64,000 nucleotides of DNA from assembly GCA_004431415.1 (NCBI GenBank), contig QPMI01000011.1, positions 41,909-105,908 on the forward strand, given 5' to 3'. This document shows, one piece after another, positions 49,752 to 59,713 of this stretch; positions within the stretch are counted from its first letter, which is position 1, and each line of letters starts with the position of its first letter. Source of the stretch: Cyanophora paradoxa CCMP329. Taxonomy: Eukaryota; Plantae; Glaucophyta. A program made the position numbers and the translations under genes. The notes under the pieces were generated by a model. The model had not been told where the DNA came from and ran no database searches. It saw only the letters and a program-made list of their open reading frames with translations.

Positions 49752-52078
49752 ATGAACGCCAAACAGACTAAATCGCTCAAATCGCTCGCTAACTGGCTCA
49801 GATCTGATGAGGAACTGTCCAAAAACATGATTATCCCAGTGAAACCTGACAGCAAAGACCCTGTTTTCAAGCATAAGGGAGGTGCATGGTCCTGGGAAAA
49901 GTATGAGGAAGCGCTGGCAACTAATCAGTATGTATCTTGGGGCATTCTGCTCTCAGACAACATGATGGTTATTGACTTTGATGATGAGGAGGACTTTGAG
50001 AAATTCCGGGATATGTTTCCTGATGACTTTGATGCCAATCAGCCCATGGCAAAAACTAAAAAAGGCTATCATGTCTACTTTAAACGACCTGAGGAGTTCA
50101 ATAAACTCAAAATTACCGATAAGGCTCCTGGCTTTAAAGGCTTTGAGAAGGTTGACCTGAAAACAATCACTGGAACTGGAACTTCTGGACTGATCAATGT
50201 GTGTCCCAGTGTGAACAAGGCTTGGGTAATCTCCCCATGGGATGATACCTGTGATTTCAATGAGCCTACTGATGACTTCAAAAAGTGGATAATAGATAAC
50301 TACATCTATAAGAGTGAGTATACTGCTAATGCTACCTCACATGATGAACTGGAAAACAATATTATCAAAGAGCTGGTGGATATGGGATTTATGCATCCCA
50401 ATATAATCTCTAAAACTGAACTTGGCTTTAACTTTGATGCTGCTAACAAGGGACTCAATTGCCCATGCTGCAATGGTTCACATGAATCGAATAACTGGTA
50501 TGTTATGAAAGCTAAAGGAGATGATAACAAATACATTGTGTCAAGCTACAGTGGAAATTGCAAAAAACGATTCATCTGCATTGGAATGCAATCTGATATC
50601 TTCAATCTTATAGATAAATCCGCTGGTTCTGGTGGCGCTCATTATGATGTGAGTTTAGTATGCAAAGAGGTTCTTAAACATACATGGAGATACTCCAAAA
50701 AGTCATGGTTCAAACTCAATACTGATACTGGGATTTGGGAGCATGATGACACAAACCTAAAGATTTACCTAGATATAAGCCGTCTTGTTGTCCCCAATAC
50801 CTTGGAAGGGCTGTGCATTATAGTCAAAGAGCTTTAAAGGATGAGGAAAACAAAGCAGCTTTCGAAGAAAGATCCAAAACATTGATGACCATTGCCAAAA
50901 ATCTTAAACAATCAGGATTTCGCAAATCCCTTCTGACTGACTTGGTCCCACTGCTGAATGATGATGAATTCTTTGAGAAGATTGACACAGTTCCATATGT
51001 GATTGGATTCGAAAATGGTGTATTTGATCTGACCACTATGACTTTCAGAAAGGGTAAACTGGAAGATATGGTGAGCAAGACTGTGGGTTATGACTATACT
51101 GAAAATGTAGACCCCAAGAAAATAGAGCATCTCAATCAGATTTATAAAGAGATTGTGGATGATCCAGCAGAGCGAAAGTATCTTCTGGCATCCATTGCAA
51201 TTGCCCTTAGTGGATCAACTAAATCCCAGAAGTTCTATATGTGGACTGGTGCTGGTGCTAATGGTAAATCACTTGTTCAGGAATACTGCAAACAGATATC
51301 TGGTCGCTATTACAGCCCTCTCGAAATATCCTATTGGACTAAGCCTAAAAAGAACTCATCAGAGGCTACTCCTGAACTTGCCAAACTCCTTGGAAAGCGA
51401 CTTGTATTCAGTAATGAGGCTGAAGATGGTGATAAACTGCAGATCTCCAAGATTAAGGAGGTCACAGGTGGAAATGAAATGACTGTGAGAGCCTTGTTCA
51501 AAGACCCAGTTATCCTTACCCCAATGTTTCAGGTCTACATTACAACTAATGACAATTTGACTATAAATAAACCAGACTTTGCAATTCAAAGAAGACTTTC
51601 CTATCAGAGATTCAATAATATATTCAGAGAGAAGCCAGAAGCTGGTCAAAAGAAAGCTGACCCAACTCTGTTCACACTTCTACACAATGATGATGAGTAT
51701 AAGATGGCTCACATGAAGATATTACTGGATATGTGGAAGAACAAAGAGGTTGAAGAGATCTTAAGAAGTCCCCCTCAATCGATTATTGAACAGGGAATTA
51801 ACTTTATAGCTGAAAATGATAAGATTGGTGAATGGCTTCGAGATAATTTCGAGGTTACACATAATGCTAACGACTTTGTTTCCAGTGATATCATTTACAA
51901 ATCATACAAAAGTGTTGATGATAAAGTTGAATGTGTATCTGTTATGAAAAGAGTAAGGGAGATCTTCAATGTTAAATCAGAAAGAAAACGAGTTAATGGT
52001 ATTCTTGCCAGAGGATATATTGGGATTCGAAAGATAACAAGGGTTCAGGAAGACAATGAAGATGATGCCGAATATTAA
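49752..52078 (+). CDS. Prim-Pol (AEP) primase - Zn finger - D5-like SF3 helicase fusion; one frameshift at ~50796
   Basis: VIDFD and TKKGYHVYF (AEP motifs); CPCC...H...C; IGFENGVFDL (D5_N); Walker A GAGANGKS; LVFSNE; IKEVTGG; TNDNL...AIQRR. Adding one A at ~50796 joins both ORFs. Confidence 0.9.
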
Positions 52079-52119
52079 AGAAAACGATTAATGATTGAGA
52101 TTTACATATATTTTTATAG

Positions 52120-52240
52120 CCTTACTGAAAATGGTTTGTGTGACAGGTGTGACAGGTCCATCCCAAGGAAAGCCCTGGTGAAAAGTTGATTTTCAAAATC
52201 GATGGGATAGACCTGTCACACCTGTCACACCTGTCACACC
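52120..52240. repeat. Internal copy of the iteron palindrome right after the helicase stop (candidate origin)
   Basis: (GTGTGACAG)2GTCCATCCCA ... TGGGATAGA(CCTGTCACA)3 with a different spacer; CCTTACTGAAAATGGTTT is the near reverse complement of the terminal flank. Confidence 0.9.
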
Positions 52241-52306
52241 TATCGAAAATGACCAAAATTTGACAAGAATACTTAAGGCTTACTTGATTGTGTATAGTGA
52301 AGACAA

Positions 52307-52529
52307 AATGGCAAAGACTCTTGATGAGATGACCATGACTGAGTTAGATAAATGCATAAAGCATGGAGATATAGGGGCATATATCGAAATGTCACAGAGA
52401 TTGATAGGTTACAATATGTATGCAGCTAAACCAAAGAGAAATAGATCAGTAAACATTCACATTACTGTTTCAGTGTCTGAGAATGCAAACAAAAAACAAC
52501 AAAAGCATATTTACAAAACTTATCTGTGA
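52307..52529 (+). CDS. Small hypothetical viral protein
   Basis: MAKTLDEMTMTELDK...; AAAATG context; fills the intergenic gap. Confidence 0.45.
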
Positions 52530-52616
52530 CTTGATTGCAAGTATAAAGCCAATTCCTTTGTATATAGTTTTATAGCTGCCTCAGTGGCATACTGAGACCG
52601 CTTTTTCTCAATTATC

Positions 52617-52862
52617 TTATAGACCTGGGGGTCCATTGCTACTTTCAGTAGGCAAATAATATTTAATCGGTCTCCCTCTTGGTCTCTGCTCCTCTTTTTG
52701 GGCTTTTCTGCGATAATAGGATGCCAGGGCTTGCTGCTTTTTATACTCTCTATATGCTGGGTCCTCTCTATATCGTTTCTGCATTGCTAGAATGTGTCTA
52801 ATAGAACCCTCAGTAACAGGTTCATCACTGGTAAACTCGATTAAACTAATAGTGTCCTCCAT
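52617..52862 (-). CDS. Small basic protein with an AT-hook-like RPRGRP motif
   Basis: YYRRK...RPRGRPIKY. Confidence 0.55.
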   Translation of the reverse strand: MEDTISLIEFTSDEPVTEGSIRHILAMQKRYREDPAYREYKKQQALASYYRRKAQKEEQRPRGRPIKYYLPTESSNGPPGL

Positions 52863-53118
52863 TTATATTCCCAGAGAAAACGTTTTCTGCTGGCAGAGAA
52901 CTTCTCCTTGGATACTCCTGTTGCTCATATGTATACTCTGTGGGGTCTGCTGGCATTGACTCCACAGAAATCGTAGACCTCCTTCTCTCTCTTGCTTCTG
53001 AGGCATTATCCTCAGTATCTGACATCTCAAACTCCACTCTTGTCTCACAGCATCCACTGTGGCAATTGCTCACCACATGCAGACTGAACATCTCGAAAAA
53101 CTTTCGTATTATATCCAT
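52846..53118 (-). CDS. Small hypothetical viral protein
   Basis: 90 aa; TTATCT motif 16 nt upstream of the ATG; SNCHSGCC cluster. Confidence 0.5.
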   Translation of the reverse strand: MDIIRKFFEMFSLHVVSNCHSGCCETRVEFEMSDTEDNASEARERRRSTISVESMPADPTEYTYEQQEYPRRSSLPAENVFSGNINGGHY

Positions 53119-53140
53119 GTCTCTACTAAAACAGAGATAA

Positions 53141-53875
53141 TTAAAGCCAAACTCGTCTTTTATATACTGTTGGGGCTACTCCCTTTTCTACTTCAGCTTT
53201 GGTGGCACCAGGTTCAATGGTTCCCTTCTGGGTCTTTGTTTTCATTTCATCTACTGCCTGTTCATCGATTTGGTTCTCTTTCTTAGCAATAAACTGTTTA
53301 TCTGGGACACCAGTAATACCCATTTTATAGACTTCCTTTCGAAGCATCTCCTTTAGCTTGGCTCTCTCTTTCTTCTCAGTCACATACTGCTCCAAGGCAC
53401 TGGATTTGGCTTCCAGATCTTTGAGTTTAGCAGTCATCTCATCCCATTGAGCTTTGGGAATTCGATGAATATTTTGAGTGGGAGCAGTCTTATATGTGAC
53501 TTCACCAGCCATAGACTGAATTACTTTGTCTGATTCCTTACTAAGACCTTCACCTTTGCGAGCCAGTGAAAGATCTTGCAAGCCTAAACCTTTATCATCA
53601 GCAGCACCAATAATTCGCCTGGCTCCCTCAGCAACAGCCTTCATTTTCGAAGCTTCTGGTGAGATGTTGAGTTGGTCACTGGTTGAAGCCTGTGGGGCTT
53701 TGTCATCGACTGATTCCTCATAGGCAGCATTAAGAGGGTCTTCTTCTTGCTGTGAGGGCTTCACCGCATTCATACCATTGAATTTCATTGGTTCAGTATT
53801 AATGGATCCATTGTTTCCACCACCTGAATAGCCAACAGCCCCAGCTGGGATCCCTATCTTTCGTTTGGGAGGCAT
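53141..53875 (-). CDS. Hypothetical 244-aa protein (MPPKRK NLS-like start, coiled coil); possible core protein
   Basis: Intact ORF co-oriented with and downstream of MCP/ATPase. Confidence 0.6.
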   Translation of the reverse strand: MPPKRKIGIPAGAVGYSGGGNNGSINTEPMKFNGMNAVKPSQQEEDPLNAAYEESVDDKAPQASTSDQLNISPEASKMKAVAEGARRIIGAADDKGLGLQDLSLARKGEGLSKESDKVIQSMAGEVTYKTAPTQNIHRIPKAQWDEMTAKLKDLEAKSSALEQYVTEKKERAKLKEMLRKEVYKMGITGVPDKQFIAKKENQIDEQAVDEMKTKTQKGTIEPGATKAEVEKGVAPTVYKRRVWL

Positions 53876-53903
53876 TGTATCTTTATTAGAATGAGAGATA
53901 ATT

Positions 53904-54686
53904 TTATAAACCGCGTTTATATCGCATCAATTTATTGCTATGGACTTGGCTTTTCACTTCTTTAGGGGCTTCCTCTTTTTCTGGTGGTTTCAGTTCATCT
54001 TCTTTCTTCTTGGGCTTCCTGTGGAAGTGAGGAAAATCGAAATCTCCAACTAAATCGGCTTTATCAACATAGTAGCCCACATTATACTTGAAAGATGTAT
54101 AAACAAGGAACTGGTATGAGTGGACATACTCTTCAAACAGTTTATAGAAATCTTCTTTTCGAGGAAATGTCGAAAACTCCTCTGCAAATGCTTCCAGCTC
54201 TTTTTGATTGCTTGCACAAACCATAATTACTATATCACTATTGCAGCGAATTACACTTGCAACCTTTCGTAATTTCTGAGAGATAGTTATTATTGATATA
54301 TTCACATGTCTGCCACGAACATAAAGCATTCCAACTGTTTTATCTCGACTGAGATCCAGCTGGTCATTTTCTATCATATCCTCTAAAATCACCAGCATAT
54401 GGTTAAGTTCTTCTCCTTTCTCCCTTTTTGCCTCTCTTTCTTTTATAATTTTCGACATGTATTGGGGATCCCATGCACCCAGTTGAACAGTAGCAGCTTT
54501 GTCCCAGAAATGTGAGAATGAGGTAGCGGATATAATAAGGGTTGTATCAATCTTTTTGGCATCATGCAGCTGTTTCAAATAATATTTTACGGCTTCAGTT
54601 TTTCCGCATCCACTTTTACCTAGTATGAGTAGTCTGAAAGGGGGTTCTATCATTTCACCAGCATTAAATTCTTCCAGATCTTGCAT
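53904..54686 (-). CDS. A32-like (FtsK/HerA) DNA-packaging ATPase
   Basis: LLILGKSGCGKT (Walker A), LVILEDM (Walker B), RGRHVNISIITISQ and IRCNSD; likely start MQDLEEF at 54686. Confidence 0.93.
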   Translation of the reverse strand: MQDLEEFNAGEMIEPPFRLLILGKSGCGKTEAVKYYLKQLHDAKKIDTTLIISATSFSHFWDKAATVQLGAWDPQYMSKIIKEREAKREKGEELNHMLVILEDMIENDQLDLSRDKTVGMLYVRGRHVNISIITISQKLRKVASVIRCNSDIVIMVCASNQKELEAFAEEFSTFPRKEDFYKLFEEYVHSYQFLVYTSFKYNVGYYVDKADLVGDFDFPHFHRKPKKKEDELKPPEKEEAPKEVKSQVHSNKLMRYKRGL

Positions 54687-56103
54687 TGTTGTATATCTTT
54701 CTAAATAAGTACAGATAAAAATAATGCAGAGAGACTGAATTAATTCTGCGTAAACCATCTTTGTCGACAATAAGGAAACTATGCATGAGAGCGCGAACAT
54801 TAACATCAATTGTCTTATCTGAAGGCATGTAGAGGGTGAGGAATGAAGATGAGGAATTTGTCAGGTCAACAAATCCACTTTGAGCAATATTTCGAATTGC
54901 CTTTTCTCCATCAAGGCAGAATGGGAGTCCTGAAAGGACATAGCGATCAGCAACCTTATCCATGTTAGAGCATTTGAAGGCATCAGCAATTAGCTCAGCA
55001 CCTTTGAGTAGGGAAATTGGCTCAGTGGCAAAAAGTCGCTGTCCATTTATTTCAGTTGTGAATGTGATGTCTTTGGAGTTGGCATAGGTCTTAAGAACAC
55101 TGTGGGAGCCATTGGATTTGTCAACAGTTTCATGATCACGAACTGAAACAAGCAGAGCATATACAAGACCTGAGATTTGAGAGAGGTTAATTCGATTGGG
55201 TTGGGCATTGCCCTTGGCAGGGAAAGCACTAGCATCTACAAATCCAATATCAAGGGAGGGAATAGCCATGCCAGTTGTCTTAACCTTTTCAATGACAGTA
55301 GCGAAAAGCTCATCAGAAACATTAATAGCATGCATGTAAAGGCGAGGAGAAGTAATAGAAATAACAGGAGTTGTTGCACCAAGACTGAAAGTTGTGATAT
55401 TTTGACCAACATGGGCAAGTGTGGCATTAGCAGTATCACCAAGACCATCATCTTCTGTCTTATCAGCAACTGTCCCACCAACAACAGGGAGAGAGCGACC
55501 ACCATAGGAAGTTTCAACATAACCCTTTCCAGCATCCTTAAACCAAACAGTAACAACCATTTCACCAGATAAAGCACCAAGGGGAAGGTAGTGATTTAGC
55601 CAAGGCACAGGGATTTCAACAAAGAATGAGCCACCAAGGCGGTTGGTTCCATGAGCAGGGATGCCATGAACCATGCCCATTGATCGCTTCTTTTTAGCTA
55701 GTTGATCCTCCGAATAATAGACCAGGGGGAAATGAGCAAGGAAATCAGATGGAATATGGTAGGTGTAAGATCCATAGGTAATTTCAAGTCGCTGAACTAA
55801 AGCACCAACTGGGCGAGTGTATCCATTGCGAACTAGGTCAGTATCACCAGCAAACGTGATGGCTGGAAGGTCGAAAGCAAGTTCGAGTTTTCCACAGAAA
55901 TTGTAGCGAGGTAGCTTGAAGGAAATGCGATTTCCAACATTATTCTCAAAAGTATTGCTGGGATTCACAACAACTAGAACTGGCTTAGATTTGGATTCGA
56001 GACCAAGCATAAGGGAGTTATCCAGGAAAAAGGCTTTCGCCTCTTCTGGGGTTGTTAGGGCTTCTTTCAGCGAAAGTCTTTGAAGAGTGGAAGTGATATC
56101 CAT
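54664..56103 (-). CDS. Double jelly-roll major capsid protein (true stop probably near 54740)
   Basis: About 455-480 aa, beta-rich: GNRISFKLPR..CGKLELAFDLPAI, VGALVQRLEITYGS, FFVEIPVPW...YLPL, PRLYMHAINVS and VRALMHSFLIV. Sits between penton and ATPase; start MDITSTL 56103. Confidence 0.85.
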   Translation of the reverse strand: MDITSTLQRLSLKEALTTPEEAKAFFLDNSLMLGLESKSKPVLVVVNPSNTFENNVGNRISFKLPRYNFCGKLELAFDLPAITFAGDTDLVRNGYTRPVGALVQRLEITYGSYTYHIPSDFLAHFPLVYYSEDQLAKKKRSMGMVHGIPAHGTNRLGGSFFVEIPVPWLNHYLPLGALSGEMVVTVWFKDAGKGYVETSYGGRSLPVVGGTVADKTEDDGLGDTANATLAHVGQNITTFSLGATTPVISITSPRLYMHAINVSDELFATVIEKVKTTGMAIPSLDIGFVDASAFPAKGNAQPNRINLSQISGLVYALLVSVRDHETVDKSNGSHSVLKTYANSKDITFTTEINGQRLFATEPISLLKGAELIADAFKCSNMDKVADRYVLSGLPFCLDGEKAIRNIAQSGFVDLTNSSSSFLTLYMPSDKTIDVNVRALMHSFLIVDKDGLRRINSVSLHYFYLYLFRKIYNNARSGRI

Positions 56104-56155
56104 TATATTCTCTTTTATTATACTGCAACATAAAAATCTACCAATGATCCTTAAT

Positions 56156-57164
56156 TTATGCGAAGTTTGTAATAACTGGATAGGAAGGGTGAAGCTGTGA
56201 CATTCGCATCTTGAAGTATTCATAAACTGGGTCCCCAGCTGGCTCATCACCATAGCGAATTTCAAAGGTAAGATGAACAGGTTGACCCTCAAAATCAATT
56301 GGTTCATTAATAGCATTTACAATATCAACCGAGAAAGTGGATAATCCAACCTTTTATTATAGTATTTGTAAAGTGGGTGAGCTTCTGTTGAATTGTAAAC
56401 AACATGCTCACCATAGTCTTTATCAGGGACCACTATTTTGTGAAAGTAACCAGTCAGAAGACCATCCCCACATTGCACCAGATCACCCAGCTCCTTTACT
56501 CTCACAAACAAAACACTGTCCCTGGTCTTCTCAGGCTCAAAAGAAGATATAATGCCATTCACGCGACCACCAGTAAAGATTCCATCAGTGAGAGCATCAT
56601 AGACCTGTGATTGGATTGGGGAGTTACCATATCTTCCAGGATCAAGACCCAGCAGTCTAGCGGAACTCAACAGCTTTTGGATTGTTTGTTGGCTTGGGTT
56701 CACAGCTACTGAGAAAGCCAAGTACAATGGTACTGCTGAGTGGAATATAATTCGTTTCAGTGATTCATCCCATTTGCAGCGAATGGATGGTTGGGGATTT
56801 CTGCCTTCGAATTTAGAGTTAATTACATTCACCAGTTGCTGGTGGCTTTGGATGGGGGTGTTTCGACTTATAATGAATTGTTTCCATTGTTCATAGTCAG
56901 CAGCTGGGCGAACTGTTGGAATTCCTGAGCTTCCAGCTCCAGGAGTTTGTTCAGAATAATAAATGCTAAATGCATTGTCAACTGTCACATCTCCTGCTTT
57001 GGTTTCACCACTCACCATAGGGATACTGTTATAAATTCGGCTGAGACCAGTCTCACAGCCCTCACATTCTCATAACTACTGGGGAGTCTAGCCACAAAGC
57101 TTGATGTGGGACCATCACCAGAGATTGTATTAAATGAGCTAACCTCGATGTAATCCACAGGCAT
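56156..57164 (-). CDS. Minor capsid (penton) protein 1; frameshifts near 57030 and 56335
   Basis: Reconstructed N-terminus MPVDYIEVSS...SFVARLPSSYENVRAVRLVSAEF; LFVRVKEL; C-terminus VDIVNAINEPIDFEGQPVHLTFEI, typical single-jelly-roll penton ends. Confidence 0.75.
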
Positions 57165-57193
57165 TCTTCTTTTATCTATATTTATATATTAAA

Positions 57194-58124
57194 ATGAACC
57201 GGCTCGTTAATATTGATAGCAGGGATAGAAGCCAAGGACAAAATGAAAACTCTTACAGGGTCACCCTCACAACTCCAGTAGAGAGACCAAGGGAATGTAG
57301 GGTTCTCTATGCAGAGATTCCAAACAGTATCTATAACAGTGTGGGAACTGATCATCTAACAGTTCAGTTTAATTACCAAGATGGTTCATATAACCAAGTG
57401 ATCACACAACAAGTGTATCCCTTCCCAGTGGCTACATCAATCAGGGTCATTTTGGGGTCACACACCCTTATAATTATGGGCTGAACTATTCAAGCTTCCA
57501 AACTATTGCAGGCAAAACAGTAGCTTTTGAGTTCAAGATATTCTACAACCCAACAACCTATAAAGTGGAGTTTTACAGTAACCATGAGTTTCGTTTTATT
57601 GCAAGCAACCAGAGAATAGGAAAGCTTTTGGGTGTAAGTTCTACTGAATACACCACTGGGTATTATAGCACTCCTCCTGTTGGTGGATCTCCCTATCGAC
57701 CTGAGAACCTTTTAAAGTATGATGGCAAACCTATTACACCTGATCACCCAGCATGGGGAATCACCTTCTCAGGACCCAGACTCTCCTCTAAGCCCTTGCA
57801 ATATTATTTTGACAGCAGGAAGATGTCTGATATGAATGCTGAGCAGTATCTGTACATGCATATTAAAGAGCTGTCCCCTTTGCCAGCAGACACAATATAA
57901 TTCCAAAATCGCAACCACAAAACCAGGGAGCTATCCTTAGATTGCAATTGAGTAAAGATATAGGGGGCTATGTTTACCATAGTGGTGAACATGCAGAATT
58001 TATTCAAATCAATGACAGAAACCTGGTGATAAGGGAACTCACTGTGGAGTTTAAAGATTACTTTGGTGAACTGATTGATATGAATGGAATCGATAATTCT
58101 TTTCAGTTGGAGTTTATCGAATAA
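57194..58124 (+). CDS. Minor capsid (penton) protein 2; in three frameshifted pieces
   Basis: MNRLVNIDSRDR...YRVTL...VLYAEIPNSIYN; IGKLLGV; YLYMHIKEL; ELTVEFKDYFGELIDMNGIDNSFQLEF. Confidence 0.8.
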
Positions 58125-59670
58125 AGGCACCTGTAAAGTCAACTCTCATTGTGGGAGCATTCACATACACAAGGGGATAAATGCGAATATATCTTATTCT
58201 CAGAGAATAACCTATGTAAAAAGCATCCTTGATGCTGAGAGGGAACCCACTCAATAGAGCCACATCACCAGAGTTGTGAGCATTGTTAATGTTCTCACAG
58301 ACATATATTTTGTTTTGCCCATCTGATCGAATAAAAGACCAGTTGATCCCATCAGTGGATGTTGCCACATTGAAAGTCTTAATAAAAGCATTGGTGTCCC
58401 CTGATCCATAGGCAATCACAGAGGAGAGTTCAAAAGTATATGGAAAAGCAACTTGAAGGTATTCAGTGGGGGTTTCCCATATCTGTTCAGGAGCATAGGC
58501 TCCAGCTTCCCAGCCAAATGCTGAAGGTCTAGCCATGAAAGGCTCTTTACCTGTCACAGAGGATGAGGCAGTAAAGGCATCATCTGCAAGCTGATACCAA
58601 TTGGCATCCAAAGGAGGTGATGTAGTGAGAGTGGATGAAATGTAAGCCTTTGAAGGGTTCTTTAGTTCATAGTTTGCTACTAGAAGGCTGCAAAGCTTAT
58701 TGATCATATCATTGTTTGCTGCAATGTATGTTTCAGTGAATGCAAGCATGTCTGGGATCTTAGATGTGTCATCCAGGGAGCTTACTATATGATTTGGAAG
58801 AGGGACTGATAACCTATAGTATCTCCCATAATCCTGATCATAGTTGTAGGGTAAAAGCTCCTCCATTTTATCAAGGGCAGAAAGCTCACTTGCAGCCATG
58901 AGCATGTTAATCAATGGGCTTCCATCTGTTGAGGCAATCCATGAGAGAATACCCCAGCTGTTTACAGTCTCATAAGCATAACCCACATAATCAGACTCTA
59001 AATGTGGGTCTACCTCACCACAAGAGATGCTTATTACTATAATATCATCATCATCACTGTAAATCTTCTTTGCATGGCTGTAACCACACACACTGGGATT
59101 ATTGTTTCCCGAAATGGCACCATCAATAAGACAGACATATACTCCCCGATTGAAATCAACAATGCTTACAGGAGAGAAATATGTAGGAGCAGCAGAAGTA
59201 GCCCTAGCAGCAATCTTACAAGGCATAAAGTTGTAATTGTTGTCATTTGTGATAAATATTGGTTTCATATTCTGAGTATCAAAGGATGTGATCACAATGT
59301 CCTTAAGGGAATCCTGTATTAGTGATTCACCAGTAACTGAATTGATTGCAGTCTCCAAGGGTCCCACATCATACTTTGTGTTAAATAGGGCATTTTCAAT
59401 GATATTTCGAGGATTTGCGAAAATCAAGGGCAGTTGAGTTAGGTAAATATTGTGTAAATCGTTTGCTGTCAGTTTAGGTTCACCTGGTTTATCAGGATGC
59501 CTGATGTTTAACCCAATAGCAATGATCCCACCAGTGGAAGTTCCACTCACAAGATCCACAAGATCGATTATTCTCCTGCCAGTTCGATTTTCGATTTCTT
59601 TGAGCAGCCTGGTTATGATAATGCCCCTTGCACCTCCCCCTGACAAACTGAGAACTACTTTGAGAGGCAT
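58114..59670 (-). CDS. Patatin-like phospholipase fused to a C-terminal discoidin (F5/8 type C) domain; intact
   Basis: LSLSGGGARG, GTSTGG, ATSAAPTYF and IDGA (patatin); EYLQVAF...FIKTFNVATSTDGINW...RYIRIYP...TMRVDFTG (FA58C). Confidence 0.9.
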   Translation of the reverse strand: MPLKVVLSLSGGGARGIIITRLLKEIENRTGRRIIDLVDLVSGTSTGGIIAIGLNIRHPDKPGEPKLTANDLHNIYLTQLPLIFANPRNIIENALFNTKYDVGPLETAINSVTGESLIQDSLKDIVITSFDTQNMKPIFITNDNNYNFMPCKIAARATSAAPTYFSPVSIVDFNRGVYVCLIDGAISGNNNPSVCGYSHAKKIYSDDDDIIVISISCGEVDPHLESDYVGYAYETVNSWGILSWIASTDGSPLINMLMAASELSALDKMEELLPYNYDQDYGRYYRLSVPLPNHIVSSLDDTSKIPDMLAFTETYIAANNDMINKLCSLLVANYELKNPSKAYISSTLTTSPPLDANWYQLADDAFTASSSVTGKEPFMARPSAFGWEAGAYAPEQIWETPTEYLQVAFPYTFELSSVIAYGSGDTNAFIKTFNVATSTDGINWSFIRSDGQNKIYVCENINNAHNSGDVALLSGFPLSIKDAFYIGYSLRIRYIRIYPLVYVNAPTMRVDFTGAFIR

Positions 59671-59713
59671 CTTTTACTTATCAGGAATTTTATAAATCCA
59701 TATAGTAAAAGCC

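Noticed and set aside
47168-50837. Programmed ribosomal frameshifting in pPolB and the primase-helicase
   Set aside because: No convincing slippery heptamer, and similar 1-nt indels occur throughout the element and in a host exon, favouring error or decay.
56104-56316. N-terminal extension of the 550-aa MCP ORF, and likewise 54687-54809 for the ATPase and 48812-48928 for pPolB
   Set aside because: These overlap neighbouring genes or promoters; internal ATGs with upstream AT-rich motifs are better starts.
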